The notes below the pieces were generated by a model. The model did no database searches. It saw only the letters and a program-made list of their open reading frames with translations, and was not told the origin of the DNA. A program made the position numbers and the translations under genes. A stretch of 43,101 bases of DNA from NCBI GenBank assembly GCA_034722955.1, contig JAYEOM010000059.1, positions 1 to 43,101 on the forward strand. The letters run 5' to 3'. This document shows positions 26,935 through 40,648 of this stretch, in pieces (position 1 is the first letter of the stretch; each line of letters starts with the position of its first letter). This DNA is from Campylobacterota bacterium. GTDB lineage: Bacteria; Campylobacterota; Campylobacteria; Campylobacterales; Sulfurovaceae.

Positions 26935-27435
26935 CTATTTCACAATCTTTAGATCAACGCGTCTATTCTTCTGATAACAGCTATCTGACATATTACGGCA
27001 CTGAGGATTACTCTCACCATAGCTTACAAGTACTATTTGACTAGAGCTGATACCTTGAGTACTCAAGCTATCTTTGACTGATTTGGCTCGCTTCAGTCCT
27101 AGAGCAAAGTTATACTCATCACTTCCAAATTCATCACAGTTACCCTCTATCTTAACTCTGGAGCCTTTAAGTTTCTGTTTTAAAATATCTGCATCAAACG
27201 ATACAGTATCTTGCATACTAGGTGAAAGTCCATACTTCCCAAAGTCAAAATAGATACTCCTCATTCCATCTGAGCTACTGCCTGCATTGCTACTACTGCC
27301 ACTACTGCTATTTTCATTGATAGTAACTGTATCTCCTGCGATATTATCGGTTGCAGCAGGTTTTGGTTTTTTCTGACTACATCCACTCAAAAGCAGGAGA
27401 GAGATCGCCGAAAATAAGATAATTTTTTTCATCAT
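26935..27435 (-). CDS. pal: Peptidoglycan-associated lipoprotein
   Basis: LSGC lipobox, IYFDF, EGNCDE.G..EYN.ALG.KRA, NRRV. Confidence 0.93.
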   Translation of the reverse strand: MMKKIILFSAISLLLLSGCSQKKPKPAATDNIAGDTVTINENSSSGSSSNAGSSSDGMRSIYFDFGKYGLSPSMQDTVSFDADILKQKLKGSRVKIEGNCDEFGSDEYNFALGLKRAKSVKDSLSTQGISSSQIVLVSYGESNPQCRNMSDSCYQKNRRVDLKIVK

Positions 27436-27450
27436 GTTTTATCCTTATTG

Positions 27451-28692
27451 TTACCAATCGATTGATTGTACTTTTCTGCCTAGAGGGAAGAGCAGACTCT
27501 GATTGCTTGCTAAATTTATATAACCTATAGAACTCTGATTTTTATACTGTTTTATATAGAGTATAACCTTTCCATTGGTTGAAAATCTTGGAAATTGATT
27601 GGTTCCTGTTGTTGTTAGGGGTCGTGTACCTGAGCCATCTGCATTTGTCAAGTAGAGATTGAAAGCGTTCATACCAAAACTATTATGACTCTCCCTGCTT
27701 GAGTAGACCAATCTGTTGCCATAGGTGTCAAGAGCATTATTATTTCTACCATGAAAAACTACCTGAGAGACTGAGCCGCCACCCGTAGACTTCTTGAATA
27801 TATTAGCATAACCGAGACGATTAGAGACAAAAGCTACTTGACCGCCATTGCCAAGATACCTGCCACTGACATCGATACCTGCAAAGTGTGTCAACCGTCT
27901 AGGAGATCTAGAAGAGGTACTCATCTCATAGATATCAGTCTGTGCATTAGGTGCCATAGTCAAAAGCATCTTGCTGCCATTTTGAGTTACATCAGAGCAG
28001 ATCAACATACCTTCAGAAGAGATAATTCTTGTTTTTGAACCATTATAAATATTTAAGCGGTAGAGTGTTGGTATGCCTCCATTTAGAGAGGTATAATAGA
28101 AACTTTTTTGCTTAGAGTCAGCCCATTTGGGAAAAATATTTAATCCTCCGCTGATCACTATCTTTTGATACTGCATAGTATAATCAGCAAGCACTATTAC
28201 ACTCCGTTTAGGAGCAGTATATCGAGAGAAAACTACATATCTATTTAGCCAATTGACCTCTGGATACTTCAATATACTATTAATATCACTAACAATCTTA
28301 TGTGCTAAAAATGGGAATTTATTGCTAGATGATATAGCATAATCTTTTGTAGTAATCAAGGAGGCATCAGATGCTTTGAAAAGTTTGACAATAACTTTCA
28401 GACCATTGGCTTGTGAGAGTGAATATTTGAGAACAAAATCTTTAGATTTGAGTGAAGGAGGGATACTACTATCCTCCACACTTCCTCTATGGTGTGTTGC
28501 ATCAGGTAAAAAATGACCACTTATTTTTAGATCAGAGACCAGTGTATTGAAGAATTTATCAGCGACTATAGTAGATGAGCTGCCATCTATTATAGATACT
28601 CTGGCTCTCTGCTCAACATCTTTTTCGATTTTAAGTGTTGCATCAACGGCAAATAGATGTAGACTCAAAACAATAAACAACAGATAGCGCAT
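27451..28692 (-). CDS. tolB: Tol-Pal protein TolB
   Basis: PD40 propeller repeats, ends SIDW; operon context. Confidence 0.92.
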   Translation of the reverse strand: MRYLLFIVLSLHLFAVDATLKIEKDVEQRARVSIIDGSSSTIVADKFFNTLVSDLKISGHFLPDATHHRGSVEDSSIPPSLKSKDFVLKYSLSQANGLKVIVKLFKASDASLITTKDYAISSSNKFPFLAHKIVSDINSILKYPEVNWLNRYVVFSRYTAPKRSVIVLADYTMQYQKIVISGGLNIFPKWADSKQKSFYYTSLNGGIPTLYRLNIYNGSKTRIISSEGMLICSDVTQNGSKMLLTMAPNAQTDIYEMSTSSRSPRRLTHFAGIDVSGRYLGNGGQVAFVSNRLGYANIFKKSTGGGSVSQVVFHGRNNNALDTYGNRLVYSSRESHNSFGMNAFNLYLTNADGSGTRPLTTTGTNQFPRFSTNGKVILYIKQYKNQSSIGYINLASNQSLLFPLGRKVQSIDW

Positions 28693-28694
28693 AG

Positions 28695-29429
28695 CTACTC
28701 CTTGGCAATAAATTCAACATTCAACTCATACGGTTTTGTATTTTTATGCGGATCAAATCCAATCTTTTGAAGCTGTTTGATGTATTGTATCAGTCCTGTG
28801 TTGAAATCTTCATTATTTGAAGCAGAAAGTAACTTAAATGTAAAACTTCCATCTTTTTCGATCTTAAGCCAAATCTTAACTGTTTCACCTGCAAACTCAC
28901 TCTGTGAAGGCCAATTTTGAAGTGCAAGTTCTATTTTTGCAAAATAGGCATTCTGAGTACCTCTCTCCTGATCCCTCTTTTTCTCTCTCCTTATAGTCTC
29001 ATTTTTCAATCTCTTATCTCTACTCTCTATAGTTTTAGCAGGTCTCTTCTCTTTAACACTGTTAAATAGACTATTTACATCTGCTCTGTTAGTTGCTCTG
29101 TTATCTTTTTTATCTTTTTTGGATCTTATGTTTTTTGTACTGCTCTTGACTCTTTTATGAGCTCTCTTCGCTTCGGTTTTCAGACTCTGTTTCTCTCTTC
29201 TCTTTGGAGTTTTTTTGGAGTTTTTTTTAGATTTTAAGACTTTTTTAAGTGTTGGTGCCTGTTTTGGAGCTCCAGCTAGAGATACCACTATAGAGTCACT
29301 ACTCTTCTCCACATAATGAGTGCTTTTAGTATCAGGGTGAGTATAAAATGAGTAGAGGAACAGCCCAATAAGTAGAAAATATAAAAAAAAAGCCAGTAGT
29401 CCACTTAGCAATTTGATAGGGTTATTCAT
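28695..29429 (-). CDS. TolA/TonB-like energy transducer
   Basis: Single N-terminal TM helix, Lys-rich linker, TonB-C-like end; lies between tolR and tolB. Confidence 0.78.
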   Translation of the reverse strand: MNNPIKLLSGLLAFFLYFLLIGLFLYSFYTHPDTKSTHYVEKSSDSIVVSLAGAPKQAPTLKKVLKSKKNSKKTPKRREKQSLKTEAKRAHKRVKSSTKNIRSKKDKKDNRATNRADVNSLFNSVKEKRPAKTIESRDKRLKNETIRREKKRDQERGTQNAYFAKIELALQNWPSQSEFAGETVKIWLKIEKDGSFTFKLLSASNNEDFNTGLIQYIKQLQKIGFDPHKNTKPYELNVEFIAKE

Positions 29430-29815
29430 TATTTGGTGATTAGGGAGACTTTCCTGAATCCAACATGTTTAACACTCTTGAGCAGATACATCACATCTCT
29501 ATAAGCAAGTCTCTCATCTGCACGGATAAATATATCACTGCTCAGATCAAGATCTCTAGCTTTTAGTGTAAAGTTATCCGGGAAATTGTCTAGGGTATAG
29601 GTATCTTTGCCAAAATAGATATTGCGTTTATTATCCATACGGATAGTTATCGTTTTTACTTTTTTAACTCTTTTACTCTTGGAACCCTCTGGGAGTACAA
29701 TCTGCTCTTTGAAGTTTATAGTAGGTGCGGTAATCATCAAAATCGCCATCAATACCAACATAACATCTACAAGTGGTGTAATATTGAGATCGGGGTCATC
29801 ATCCCATCTATACAT
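29429..29815 (-). CDS. TolR/ExbD family protein
   Basis: LNITPLVDVMLVL, IRAD. Confidence 0.92.
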   Translation of the reverse strand: MYRWDDDPDLNITPLVDVMLVLMAILMITAPTINFKEQIVLPEGSKSKRVKKVKTITIRMDNKRNIYFGKDTYTLDNFPDNFTLKARDLDLSSDIFIRADERLAYRDVMYLLKSVKHVGFRKVSLITK

Positions 29816-29837
29816 CTATATCATCCCAACATATGCT

Positions 29838-30404
29838 CTACTCTTCTAGAGCAAGAGAGAGTACTACATCAGACTCAGATTGCAAAAGTGAACTCAACTC
29901 ATAAGCATATCTCTTGAGGATCAGATGAAAAGTATATGCTACTATTGCCACAGAAATTCCAGCAGCTGTAGCTATCAATGCCTCAGAGATTGCAGGAGCG
30001 ATTACACTCAGAGTAGCACTTTTTTGATTGCCCAATCTGCTAAATGTCTCTAAGATACCTACAACAGTTCCAAATAGTCCGATAAATGGAGATGTAGAAG
30101 CTATGATAGATAGAAGTGTTAAGCCTTTTGTTGAACTTCGTATAGCATCACTAGAGGCTGCACCTAAAATAGCTCTGCTTGGAGTTGTAACACGATTGAG
30201 GTAACTATAAATAAGTGAGTGTTTTGAAACAGTATGAGATCTCCCCAAGTATAATAGTCTTAGAGATTCTGTCTCTATATTAATTCTGGCTTTCAATATA
30301 TAGTATCTATAAAAGAAGATCCAAAATGCAGCGATAAAGTATGCAGAGAGCAGAAGGAGTACAAGTAGTGTAATAGCACTGCTCTCTACAATATAATCAG
30401 GCAT
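29838..30404 (-). CDS. TolQ/ExbB proton channel protein
   Basis: SPFIGLFGTVVGI, ISEALIATAAG. Confidence 0.92.
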   Translation of the reverse strand: MPDYIVESSAITLLVLLLLSAYFIAAFWIFFYRYYILKARINIETESLRLLYLGRSHTVSKHSLIYSYLNRVTTPSRAILGAASSDAIRSSTKGLTLLSIIASTSPFIGLFGTVVGILETFSRLGNQKSATLSVIAPAISEALIATAAGISVAIVAYTFHLILKRYAYELSSLLQSESDVVLSLALEE

Positions 30405-30421
30405 AATATTTAAAAACCAAA

Positions 30422-30808
30422 TTAGTGAGACTTGCCAATCTGCTCAACCTTGCTCACAGCAGCAGCTATGGCAGCATTGGAAGTCTGAGCACTTTTGAGA
30501 AGATCTGTTGCCTCTTCGATCCTCTTAGCAATATCCGAATCACCGGCAGTGAGTGCAATAGCACCATCAACAATACATGTAACCTTAGACTCACTTACTT
30601 TTACATAGCCGGAGTTAACAGCTATATCTGTCTTTGACGAATCAGGCATCTCTATAGAGACTACACCCGTAGTCAAAAGCGAGACAAGTGTGGCATGCTC
30701 AGGCAATACACCAAACTCACCTTCCGATCCGGGAAGGGTAACCTGCTTCGCTTCACCATCATAAATCGTACCTTTTGGGGTAACGATCTCAAGCTTCATT
30801 AAATTCAT
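30422..30808 (-). CDS. atpC: ATP synthase epsilon
   Basis: LEIVTP, GEFGVLPEH. Confidence 0.95.
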   Translation of the reverse strand: MNLMKLEIVTPKGTIYDGEAKQVTLPGSEGEFGVLPEHATLVSLLTTGVVSIEMPDSSKTDIAVNSGYVKVSESKVTCIVDGAIALTAGDSDIAKRIEEATDLLKSAQTSNAAIAAAVSKVEQIGKSH

Positions 30809-30823
30809 ACAAATCCTTTAGAT

Positions 30824-33126
<2,303 letters not shown>

Positions 33127-33138
33127 CAGAGAGCCTTT

Positions 33139-34653
33139 TTACCCTGCAAATGCGGTTTTGAAATCTTCAAGAGCTTTTGCCAAATCAGCTTCTGTCTCAC
33201 TGTCGATTTTCTTGCTCTCTCTGATCGCATCAAAGATATTGGAGTATTTTGCTTCCATAAATGGATACAACTCTGCTTCAAATTTAGTAACACTGGCAAC
33301 ATTGATATCATCTAGATACCCTTTGGCACCTGCAAAAATGATAACAACTTGCTTCTCAACAGGTACTGGTTGATAAGGAGGCTGCTTCAACACCTCTACC
33401 ATTCTCTGACCTCTCTCAAGCTGATTTCTACTATGCTCATCAAGATCTGAAGCGAACTGAGCAAATGCCTGAAGCTCTCTAAAGGAGGCAAGGTCAAGTC
33501 TCAATGTACCTGATACCTGCTTCATAGCTTTGATCTGAGCAGCACCACCGACACGAGAAACAGATAGTCCAACATTGATCGCCGGTCTTATACCTGAGTT
33601 GAAGAGATCAGTCTCCAAGAAGATTTGACCATCTGTAATAGAGATGACATTGGTTGGGATATATGCCGAAACATCCCCCGCCTGAGTCTCAATAATAGGG
33701 AATGCAGTGATAGAACCGGCACCTAAATCATCATTGAGTTTAGCAGCTCTCTCAAGAAGTCTTGAGTGAACATAGAATATATCACCAGGATATGCTTCAC
33801 GACCCGGAGGTCTTCTAAGGATCAATGACATCTCTCTATATGCTACTGCATGCTTGGATAGGTCATCATAGAAGATAACTGCATGTCTTCCATTGTCTCT
33901 AAAGTATTCAGCCATTGTCACACCTGCATAAGGTGCAAGAAATTGAAGTGCTGAAGGATCAGCGGCAGAAGCATTTACAATGATCGTATACTCCATTGCA
34001 CCATGCTCTTCAAGTTTTTTCACAATTGAAGCAACAGTGGATTGCTTTTGTCCTATTGCAACATAGATACATATAACATCTTGACCTTTTTGGTTGATGA
34101 TAGTATCTATAGCCAAAGTGGTTTTACCTGTCTGTCTATCACCGATGATCAACTCTCTCTGTCCTCTACCGACCGGCACCAATGCATCAATAGCTTTGAT
34201 ACCTGTCTGTAGTGGCTCATGAACTGATTTACGCGCCATAATACCTGGTGCTTTCTCTTCGATAAATCTAGTCTCTGTAGACTCTATAGCACCTTTTCCA
34301 TCTATAGGTTCACCAATTGGGTTGACAACTCTTCCGAGCATACCGTCACCTACAGGAGTCTGGAGGAGTTCACCTAAACGCTTAACGCTCATCCCCTCTC
34401 TAATACCATCCATAGAGCCAAGGATAACAACCCCCACACTTGCCTCTTCTAGATTCTGTACCAAACCTTTGGTACCATTCTCAAACTCTACGACTTCACC
34501 AGCCATTACATTGTTCAAACCATAAACAGTGGTGATACCATCTGCTATACCTACTACTTTTCCTACTTCACTGATATCCACATCGATATCAAAGTTTTCT
34601 ATTCTCTCTTTGATTATCGAGCTTATCTCATCTGCATTCAATTTAACTGCCAC
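33139..34653 (-). CDS. atpA: ATP synthase alpha
   Basis: [21 protein letters not shown] start. Confidence 0.99.
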   Translation of the reverse strand: MAVKLNADEISSIIKERIENFDIDVDISEVGKVVGIADGITTVYGLNNVMAGEVVEFENGTKGLVQNLEEASVGVVILGSMDGIREGMSVKRLGELLQTPVGDGMLGRVVNPIGEPIDGKGAIESTETRFIEEKAPGIMARKSVHEPLQTGIKAIDALVPVGRGQRELIIGDRQTGKTTLAIDTIINQKGQDVICIYVAIGQKQSTVASIVKKLEEHGAMEYTIIVNASAADPSALQFLAPYAGVTMAEYFRDNGRHAVIFYDDLSKHAVAYREMSLILRRPPGREAYPGDIFYVHSRLLERAAKLNDDLGAGSITAFPIIETQAGDVSAYIPTNVISITDGQIFLETDLFNSGIRPAINVGLSVSRVGGAAQIKAMKQVSGTLRLDLASFRELQAFAQFASDLDEHSRNQLERGQRMVEVLKQPPYQPVPVEKQVVIIFAGAKGYLDDINVASVTKFEAELYPFMEAKYSNIFDAIRESKKIDSETEADLAKALEDFKTAFAG

Positions 34654-34681
34654 TACTTCTCCTTTCTTTAAATTACTATAT

Positions 34682-35215
34682 TTAGTGTGATTTCATAATG
34701 AAATCTATCAACTGCTCTTTAACTCTCTCCTTGGAGAAGTTAACCTCAATACCCAAATCTTCTACATCAACTCTCAAACCATCAAGCTCTGCCTCTGCTT
34801 CACTTAACTTGATAGTTGAGCCTGTATATCGCTTGAGAGTATCTTCTAGTTTACTGATATCTCCAGCATCAAGTGCTTCATTGCTCTTGATGACACCTTC
34901 ATAGGTGTTACTCTCTTTTTGCATCTGAGCATTCAGCATATCATTGATCACAGGGATCAAATTCAATCTTTTATGTTCACCTAACAATTTGATAAAATTT
35001 GTAAGTTTTTTATCATCATTGCCTAGTGCAGATAGCAGTGTAGTGACTTTTTCATCTGTAGAGATGATAGGAGCTTCAACTAACTCAATCACTTTTGGAT
35101 CTTTAAATGAATCTGATAAGCCACTAAAAGCATTCATATAAAGCCCTCTCTCATCATCGCTAGCAACACTCAGGAGAGCATCAACATATCGTTTTGCAAT
35201 CAACTCTTCAACCAT
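34682..35215 (-). CDS. atpH: ATP synthase delta
   Basis: IAKRY..AL; operon position. Confidence 0.92.
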   Translation of the reverse strand: MVEELIAKRYVDALLSVASDDERGLYMNAFSGLSDSFKDPKVIELVEAPIISTDEKVTTLLSALGNDDKKLTNFIKLLGEHKRLNLIPVINDMLNAQMQKESNTYEGVIKSNEALDAGDISKLEDTLKRYTGSTIKLSEAEAELDGLRVDVEDLGIEVNFSKERVKEQLIDFIMKSH

Positions 35216-35763
35216 TATGCTACCCTCTTATCAATCAAATCAATAACTTTTTTCTCATCAAGAGGTATATCACTAGTAGTGATATTATTACTCAATACAT
35301 CACTAATGGCTTCTCTAATGACGCGTCTCTCTTCGAGCGTGGATTTCTCTTCATACTGTTTTTCAAGTGCTTTCAACTCATTGTCAGAGTTGCTAGAGAT
35401 CTTTGCAGCAAGGATAACAGCCTCTTTCTCTGCTGTCTCTAGAATCTCATCTGCCTTCTTCTTGCTCTCCTCTAAATTGAGCTCTGCCTCTCTCTTCTTA
35501 TCTTTAGAGGCTTGAAGTTTTGCTTCAATCTCTTTGAGTTGATCTGATATATCTTTTTGCCGACCCGTAAAAAAATCCTTTATAGGCTTAGCAAGAAGAT
35601 AGTAGAGTAGACCAATGAAGATCAAAAAGTTAAATATTCTAGGTATAAAGTCTGTCTCTCTTCCTGTTTGAGCAAAATAACGACTCTCTTCAGCATGACC
35701 GGATGATGCCAAAATAATAGTTGGAACTACCAATAGAGCCAATATGCTTATCTTTTTTATCAT
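35215..35763 (-). CDS. atpF: ATP synthase subunit b
   Basis: RIFNFLIF TM followed by coiled coil; operon position. Confidence 0.9.
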   Translation of the reverse strand: MIKKISILALLVVPTIILASSGHAEESRYFAQTGRETDFIPRIFNFLIFIGLLYYLLAKPIKDFFTGRQKDISDQLKEIEAKLQASKDKKREAELNLEESKKKADEILETAEKEAVILAAKISSNSDNELKALEKQYEEKSTLEERRVIREAISDVLSNNITTSDIPLDEKKVIDLIDKRVA

Positions 35764-35779
35764 TTTATCTCTCTCCTCC

Positions 35780-36202
35780 CTATAACTTACTAAATTTGGC
35801 TTTTAAGCTCTCTTTGAAGAGAGGCATTTGAGAGAGAAGGCTATTTCTTAATACCTCTTTTTCACTCTCTAAATTCTCAACAAAAGAGAGATACGATTTA
35901 TCCAATTGAGCCCGTTTACTCTCAGCTTTACCCTCAGCTACTGCTCTAGACTCATCTACAGCCTTTTGTCTAATCCCAGCAGCCTCCAATCTTGCCTCAT
36001 CCAAGATCTCCTCAGCTTTAGCATAAAGTGCATCAGTATTTCCAGATAAACTTTTTGCAGCATTTAAATCTTTGGCTATAGAGCTATCTCTATCATCCAT
36101 AAACTTTATCAATGGTTTATAAAGCATTCGATTTAAAACTACAAGAAGTGTTAGAAACAGTACTAATACAAATAACATTAATGATACATGTATGTCAAGC
36201 AT
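35780..36202 (-). CDS. ATP synthase subunit b'
   Basis: TM + LYKPL..FMD.R + coiled coil. Confidence 0.9.
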   Translation of the reverse strand: MLDIHVSLMLFVLVLFLTLLVVLNRMLYKPLIKFMDDRDSSIAKDLNAAKSLSGNTDALYAKAEEILDEARLEAAGIRQKAVDESRAVAEGKAESKRAQLDKSYLSFVENLESEKEVLRNSLLSQMPLFKESLKAKFSKL

Positions 36203-36263
36203 TCAAACTCCTCATAAAATTTGTATTTATTTTATCATTTTAGCTTTGAAGGGTTGATTAAAA

Positions 36264-37142
36264 TTAAGATTTTTTTATAATTTCCATAAAAAATTGCAAC
36301 TGAGTTTCATCTTCGAAGAGAATCTCAAGTTTATTTGATTTGATTGAGTGTTTGAAAGGGAGTATTTTTGCCAAATCACTTCTATACTCCTCTATCCAAG
36401 CACTATCAGCAGCAGATACTTTTGAAGATTTTTTCTTCTTATGCTTATACTGCTTTACTATCTTTTCAGCTTCACGAACACTCAACTTCTGTCCAACTAT
36501 TGTATCTGCGATCAACTTCTGTTTCTCTACTTCCAATCCCACTAATATCTTGGCATGTCCTTGTGAAATTTTTCCTTCAAGCATCTTTTTCTGAACATAA
36601 TCACTCAGAGATAGCAGACGCATTGTATTTGTGATTTGCGGTCTGCTTTTGTGTATAACTACAGATAACTCTTCATGTGTGATATTGTGAACCTCTATCA
36701 GCTCAGCATAGGAGTGTGCCAACTCTATGGCATTGAGATCTTCCCTCTGGATATTCTCCATAAGTGCCAACTCTCTAAGTTTGACACTGTCTATATCTAC
36801 ATCAGCAACAATCGCCTTGATCTTATCTATTTTTGCAAGTCTGTGTGCACGCAGACGGCGTTCACCGGCTATCAACAGATAGCCATCCTCTTTCTCTATG
36901 ACTACTATTGGCTGCAGCAATCCATGTGCTACGATTGATTCGCTGAGCTCCTGAAGAGCCTGCTCATCAAAGTGTTTTCGCGGTTGATAGGGGTTAGGAA
37001 CGATTTTATCTATATTCAGCTCTTCCATCTGATCGATCAATGTCTCTCTATTTAAGGCTTGACTCTCTTCCATCTGCTCTTCATATACCTGTCCTACCTC
37101 TTCAAGTATCGCTCCCAATCCTTTGCCCAATGCCATTTTCAC
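36264..37142 (-). CDS. parB: Chromosome partitioning protein ParB
   Basis: [29 protein letters not shown]. Confidence 0.97.
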   Translation of the reverse strand: MKMALGKGLGAILEEVGQVYEEQMEESQALNRETLIDQMEELNIDKIVPNPYQPRKHFDEQALQELSESIVAHGLLQPIVVIEKEDGYLLIAGERRLRAHRLAKIDKIKAIVADVDIDSVKLRELALMENIQREDLNAIELAHSYAELIEVHNITHEELSVVIHKSRPQITNTMRLLSLSDYVQKKMLEGKISQGHAKILVGLEVEKQKLIADTIVGQKLSVREAEKIVKQYKHKKKKSSKVSAADSAWIEEYRSDLAKILPFKHSIKSNKLEILFEDETQLQFFMEIIKKS

Positions 37143-37924
37143 CCTTTGATAATCACATTTGCAAGATTCTTGTATGCTACACTTCCTTTAGAGCTGCTAG
37201 CATAGTAGGTAACAGGCTGACCAAAACTAGGACTCTCGGCTACTTTTACATTTCTTGGTACAACAATACACTCTTTATTTTTTTTAGAGTGAAAGAGTTT
37301 ATCTTTGAAATGGTGTGAAAGATCTGCCAAAACCTGCTTGGATAGATTGTTCTGATTTGAATACATGGTTGGAAGGAAACCTTTGATTTTCAACTTTGGA
37401 TTGATTGTTTTTTTGAGCAGACTAACAGTATTTAAAAGTTGAGCCAAACCCTCTAAAGCAAAAAATTCACACTGTATTGGGATAATAACAGAGTCTGAAG
37501 CACTCAGAGCATTGATAGTAATGGGTCCTAGTGCCGGAGGTGAATCGATAATAATATAGTCATATCTGTTTTTTACCTCTTGTATCTTTTTTTTCAGAAT
37601 CAACTCTCTATTTGTCTTTTTAGGATTGTAAAACTCCTTCTCTATCCCTACCAATCCCATATTGGATGGTGCCAAAGATAGCCCATCAATATCAGTTTTC
37701 AAAATCACTTCGCGGAGCCTCTTAATCCCCAAGAGTACATGGTAAATATGAAATTCATAATCACCACGACTATACCCCAAGCTTGTAGTAGCATTGGATT
37801 GCGGATCTGCATCTATTAGCAATACTCGTTTGCCTTTATCAGCTAAAGAGGCTGCGAGATTGACAGCTGTAGTAGTTTTGCCTACACCGCCTTTTTGGTT
37901 AGCTATACTGATTACTTCACTCAT
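37139..37924 (-). CDS. parA: ParA/Soj ATPase
   Basis: [21 protein letters not shown]. Confidence 0.97.
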   Translation of the reverse strand: MSEVISIANQKGGVGKTTTAVNLAASLADKGKRVLLIDADPQSNATTSLGYSRGDYEFHIYHVLLGIKRLREVILKTDIDGLSLAPSNMGLVGIEKEFYNPKKTNRELILKKKIQEVKNRYDYIIIDSPPALGPITINALSASDSVIIPIQCEFFALEGLAQLLNTVSLLKKTINPKLKIKGFLPTMYSNQNNLSKQVLADLSHHFKDKLFHSKKNKECIVVPRNVKVAESPSFGQPVTYYASSSKGSVAYKNLANVIIKG

Positions 37925-38556
37925 CGTAGACTAAATACTCTCTTTCCCTCTATGAGTAATGAACCATCCTCACATAGAAGTGCGTTTTGAAGGCTTTTTT
38001 GATAGTTTTCAATATGAACAGAAAACTCTCTACTTCGCACAAATTCTATCTGATATTCTCTAAATATCTGCTTCCATTCTGGAAACTTTTCAACTGCTTG
38101 CAGGTACTTTTTCAGAAGATTTTTTGCTGAGATATCGCTATGGAGTACTCTGAAGCTCTTTTTAGAACTTTGAAGGTTGATCCCAATTCCACACACTAGA
38201 GTATTGTTAACTTTTTTTGTGATAGTGCCACCCACTTTTTTATCTTCTAGATAGAGATCGTTTGGCCACTTAAGCCAAACCCCCTCCCCTTCCAAGAGCA
38301 ACAGCTTTTTCATAATAAATGAGAAATATATAGAGGCAGACCCCAAGGATAGATCTTTTGGCAACTGGTCAATATCTACAGCAAAAGAGAGAAAAAAGTT
38401 TCCATCTCCTCCGATCCAGCTACTGTCTCTACTGCCGATGCCATCACTCTGCTCTGTTGAGATCACAGCAACAGGAGCAGTCAATCTGCCACTCTCTATC
38501 TCCTCAATCAGATACTTTTGCGTTGAGGGGAGTGTATCAAATGAGTAGATCTCCAA
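37921..38556 (-). CDS. birA: Biotin-protein ligase (no HTH)
   Basis: STQ, LKWPND, KVGG, GIGIN. Confidence 0.93.
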   Translation of the reverse strand: MEIYSFDTLPSTQKYLIEEIESGRLTAPVAVISTEQSDGIGSRDSSWIGGDGNFFLSFAVDIDQLPKDLSLGSASIYFSFIMKKLLLLEGEGVWLKWPNDLYLEDKKVGGTITKKVNNTLVCGIGINLQSSKKSFRVLHSDISAKNLLKKYLQAVEKFPEWKQIFREYQIEFVRSREFSVHIENYQKSLQNALLCEDGSLLIEGKRVFSLR

Positions 38557-39451
38557 TCTTGAGTCCCCTTCCTAGTAGATAGGATTTGGCATCCATAGCT
38601 TTTTTGGATGCCGGCTGCAGTGTCAATATTCGTACTGAACCTATATCGCACCCCACTACAATACTCTTCTCTTCTATATCAAGAATTTCAGCACTCTGAT
38701 ATCTATTGTCTATATCTGCTATCGTCATATCTACAATCTTCAAACCTTGAGCAGTATATACTCCAGGCCACCCCTCAAAAGCACGATATCGATTGTATAG
38801 AGCTTCAGCATCTGTAAATGATATCTCTCCATCACTTTTACGAATTTTTGTACAATAACTAGCAGTTGCTCTGGTTTGGCGTATAGGCTCAATAGTTTCA
38901 AAGTTTCGGATAGTATCAAGTGTCAAGATAGAAGCCTCTTCGCTCAATTCTCTCATCAGCCCTTGAAGACGCATCTCTTCCGGAATCCCAAAATAGGTAT
39001 ACCCTAGTATAGGACCGCTATCTAGACCCTCCTCCATCAGCATCGATGTTACACCACTATATCTATCTCCATTGAGCAGGGATTGCTGTACTGGACTAGC
39101 TCCTCTATAGTTTGGCAGAAGTGATGCATGGAGGTTGATACATGGAGCAATATCCAAAATACTCTTGGGAAGCATCTGCCCAAAGGCTGCCACCACAATA
39201 AAGTCTGGTTTGGATATTTTGATCCTCTCGCTGATACCTGATTGTCTCAATCTCTCTGGTTGCAGTACCTCTATTCCATTTAGTAGTGCCAACTCTTTGA
39301 CTGGCGGTGCCGTCAAAATCCTTTTTCTTCCTACTGGTCTATCAGGCTGAGTCAGAACTAAAGAGACCTCTATATCTTTAGCATCGAGCAGGGTTTGCAG
39401 TATTATCTGGGCATACTGCGGTGTTCCCATATAGACAATATTTTTTTTCAT
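38537..39451 (-). CDS. fmt: Methionyl-tRNA formyltransferase
   Basis: YMGTP, TQPDRP.GR, INLHASLLP.YRGASP. Confidence 0.97.
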   Translation of the reverse strand: MKKNIVYMGTPQYAQIILQTLLDAKDIEVSLVLTQPDRPVGRKRILTAPPVKELALLNGIEVLQPERLRQSGISERIKISKPDFIVVAAFGQMLPKSILDIAPCINLHASLLPNYRGASPVQQSLLNGDRYSGVTSMLMEEGLDSGPILGYTYFGIPEEMRLQGLMRELSEEASILTLDTIRNFETIEPIRQTRATASYCTKIRKSDGEISFTDAEALYNRYRAFEGWPGVYTAQGLKIVDMTIADIDNRYQSAEILDIEEKSIVVGCDIGSVRILTLQPASKKAMDAKSYLLGRGLKIGDLLI

Positions 39452-39468
39452 GATATCTCTCTTCTGTG

Positions 39469-40584
39469 TTAGATAATAGAGCTGTAGAGTTTTATCAGCG
39501 AATCGATCATCTTTTCTCTTTTGAAGAGATCTTGAAATCGCTGCGTCGCATTATCTGAAAAGAGTTGATAGAGCTCTCTGTCACTGCATATCTTTTTAAT
39601 GGCTTGGGCTAATACTTTGGGGTCTCTTGGTTCAACTTGCAATCCAGTTACACCCTCTTGATTGACCCAGTTCATACCAGAACCCTCTATATTGCTCAAC
39701 ACAATCGGTTTGCCAAATGCCATAGCCTCTATCAGAACAACGCCAAACGCTTCTGCTTTAGTTACCGAGGGGAGACAGAAGAGTGTAGCAGCATCAAAAT
39801 AGGCATACTTCTCCTCTTCACTGATATACCCAAGCATTTTAACTCTCTCTTGTAGATGGTGATTCTCTATAGAGGCTGTGAGACTCTCCTCTTCAGGACC
39901 GGTACCTCCTATCAAAATAATATAATCATCATCAAGATAATTGGCTGCCTCTACGAGGTTGTCAAAACCTTTATATGTGACCAATCTTCCTAATGCAAGG
40001 ATGATCTTCCTGTTGCTATATTTTGATCTGATCTCTTCTCGCTTTTTGTTATCAACTTGAAGAGACTTATCCTCTATACCGATAGGCACTACCTCCATCT
40101 TCTCCAGATAGTTTTGGATATCCGGTGAGTGTTTACCGTATGTCTCTGACGCAAGTATCACTCTGTCTGCACGCTTGAGTACCCAGTTTTGCAAAGGGAG
40201 AAAAAGTTTAGCTAAAAATTGCTGTCTCACGATGTCCGATTGCCAATGTATCACAAGTTTAGTTTTGGGACGCACGATAAAAAGTGCCAAAAATGCCATA
40301 GGATCGGGATGGTGAACATCAATCACATCATAATCTTTATGTCTCTTCCACAGCTGCACGATCATATTGGGACTCATAGATGTAGAGCTGAGGATACCAT
40401 AAGATGCTGTACGATAAACTGTATAGTTGCCAAAAAAACTCTCTTCATTGAAAAGCTTGGTATTAGAGCAGAGGACATCACACTCTACGCCTTTATCATT
40501 GAGACCTTCAGTGATCTCAAACATTGCGCGTTCCATTCCACCAAAGGTGGGATAATAAAATTTACCAAACTGTAAAATCTTCAT
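39469..40584 (-). CDS. GT4 glycosyltransferase (WbpZ/WbdC-like)
   Basis: KFYYP..GGME, GRLVTYKG, EAFGVVLIEAM. Confidence 0.88.
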   Translation of the reverse strand: MKILQFGKFYYPTFGGMERAMFEITEGLNDKGVECDVLCSNTKLFNEESFFGNYTVYRTASYGILSSTSMSPNMIVQLWKRHKDYDVIDVHHPDPMAFLALFIVRPKTKLVIHWQSDIVRQQFLAKLFLPLQNWVLKRADRVILASETYGKHSPDIQNYLEKMEVVPIGIEDKSLQVDNKKREEIRSKYSNRKIILALGRLVTYKGFDNLVEAANYLDDDYIILIGGTGPEEESLTASIENHHLQERVKMLGYISEEEKYAYFDAATLFCLPSVTKAEAFGVVLIEAMAFGKPIVLSNIEGSGMNWVNQEGVTGLQVEPRDPKVLAQAIKKICSDRELYQLFSDNATQRFQDLFKREKMIDSLIKLYSSII

Positions 40585-40648
40585 GTAAGCACAACCCTCT
40601 AAGGCTAAATTAAGAGTGTATTATAGTAGATATAGAATGAAAATCATA

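Noticed and set aside
36200..37930. parS site near parAB
   Set aside because: No TGTTTCACGTGAAACA-like palindrome spotted by eye; a motif scan would be needed to exclude it.
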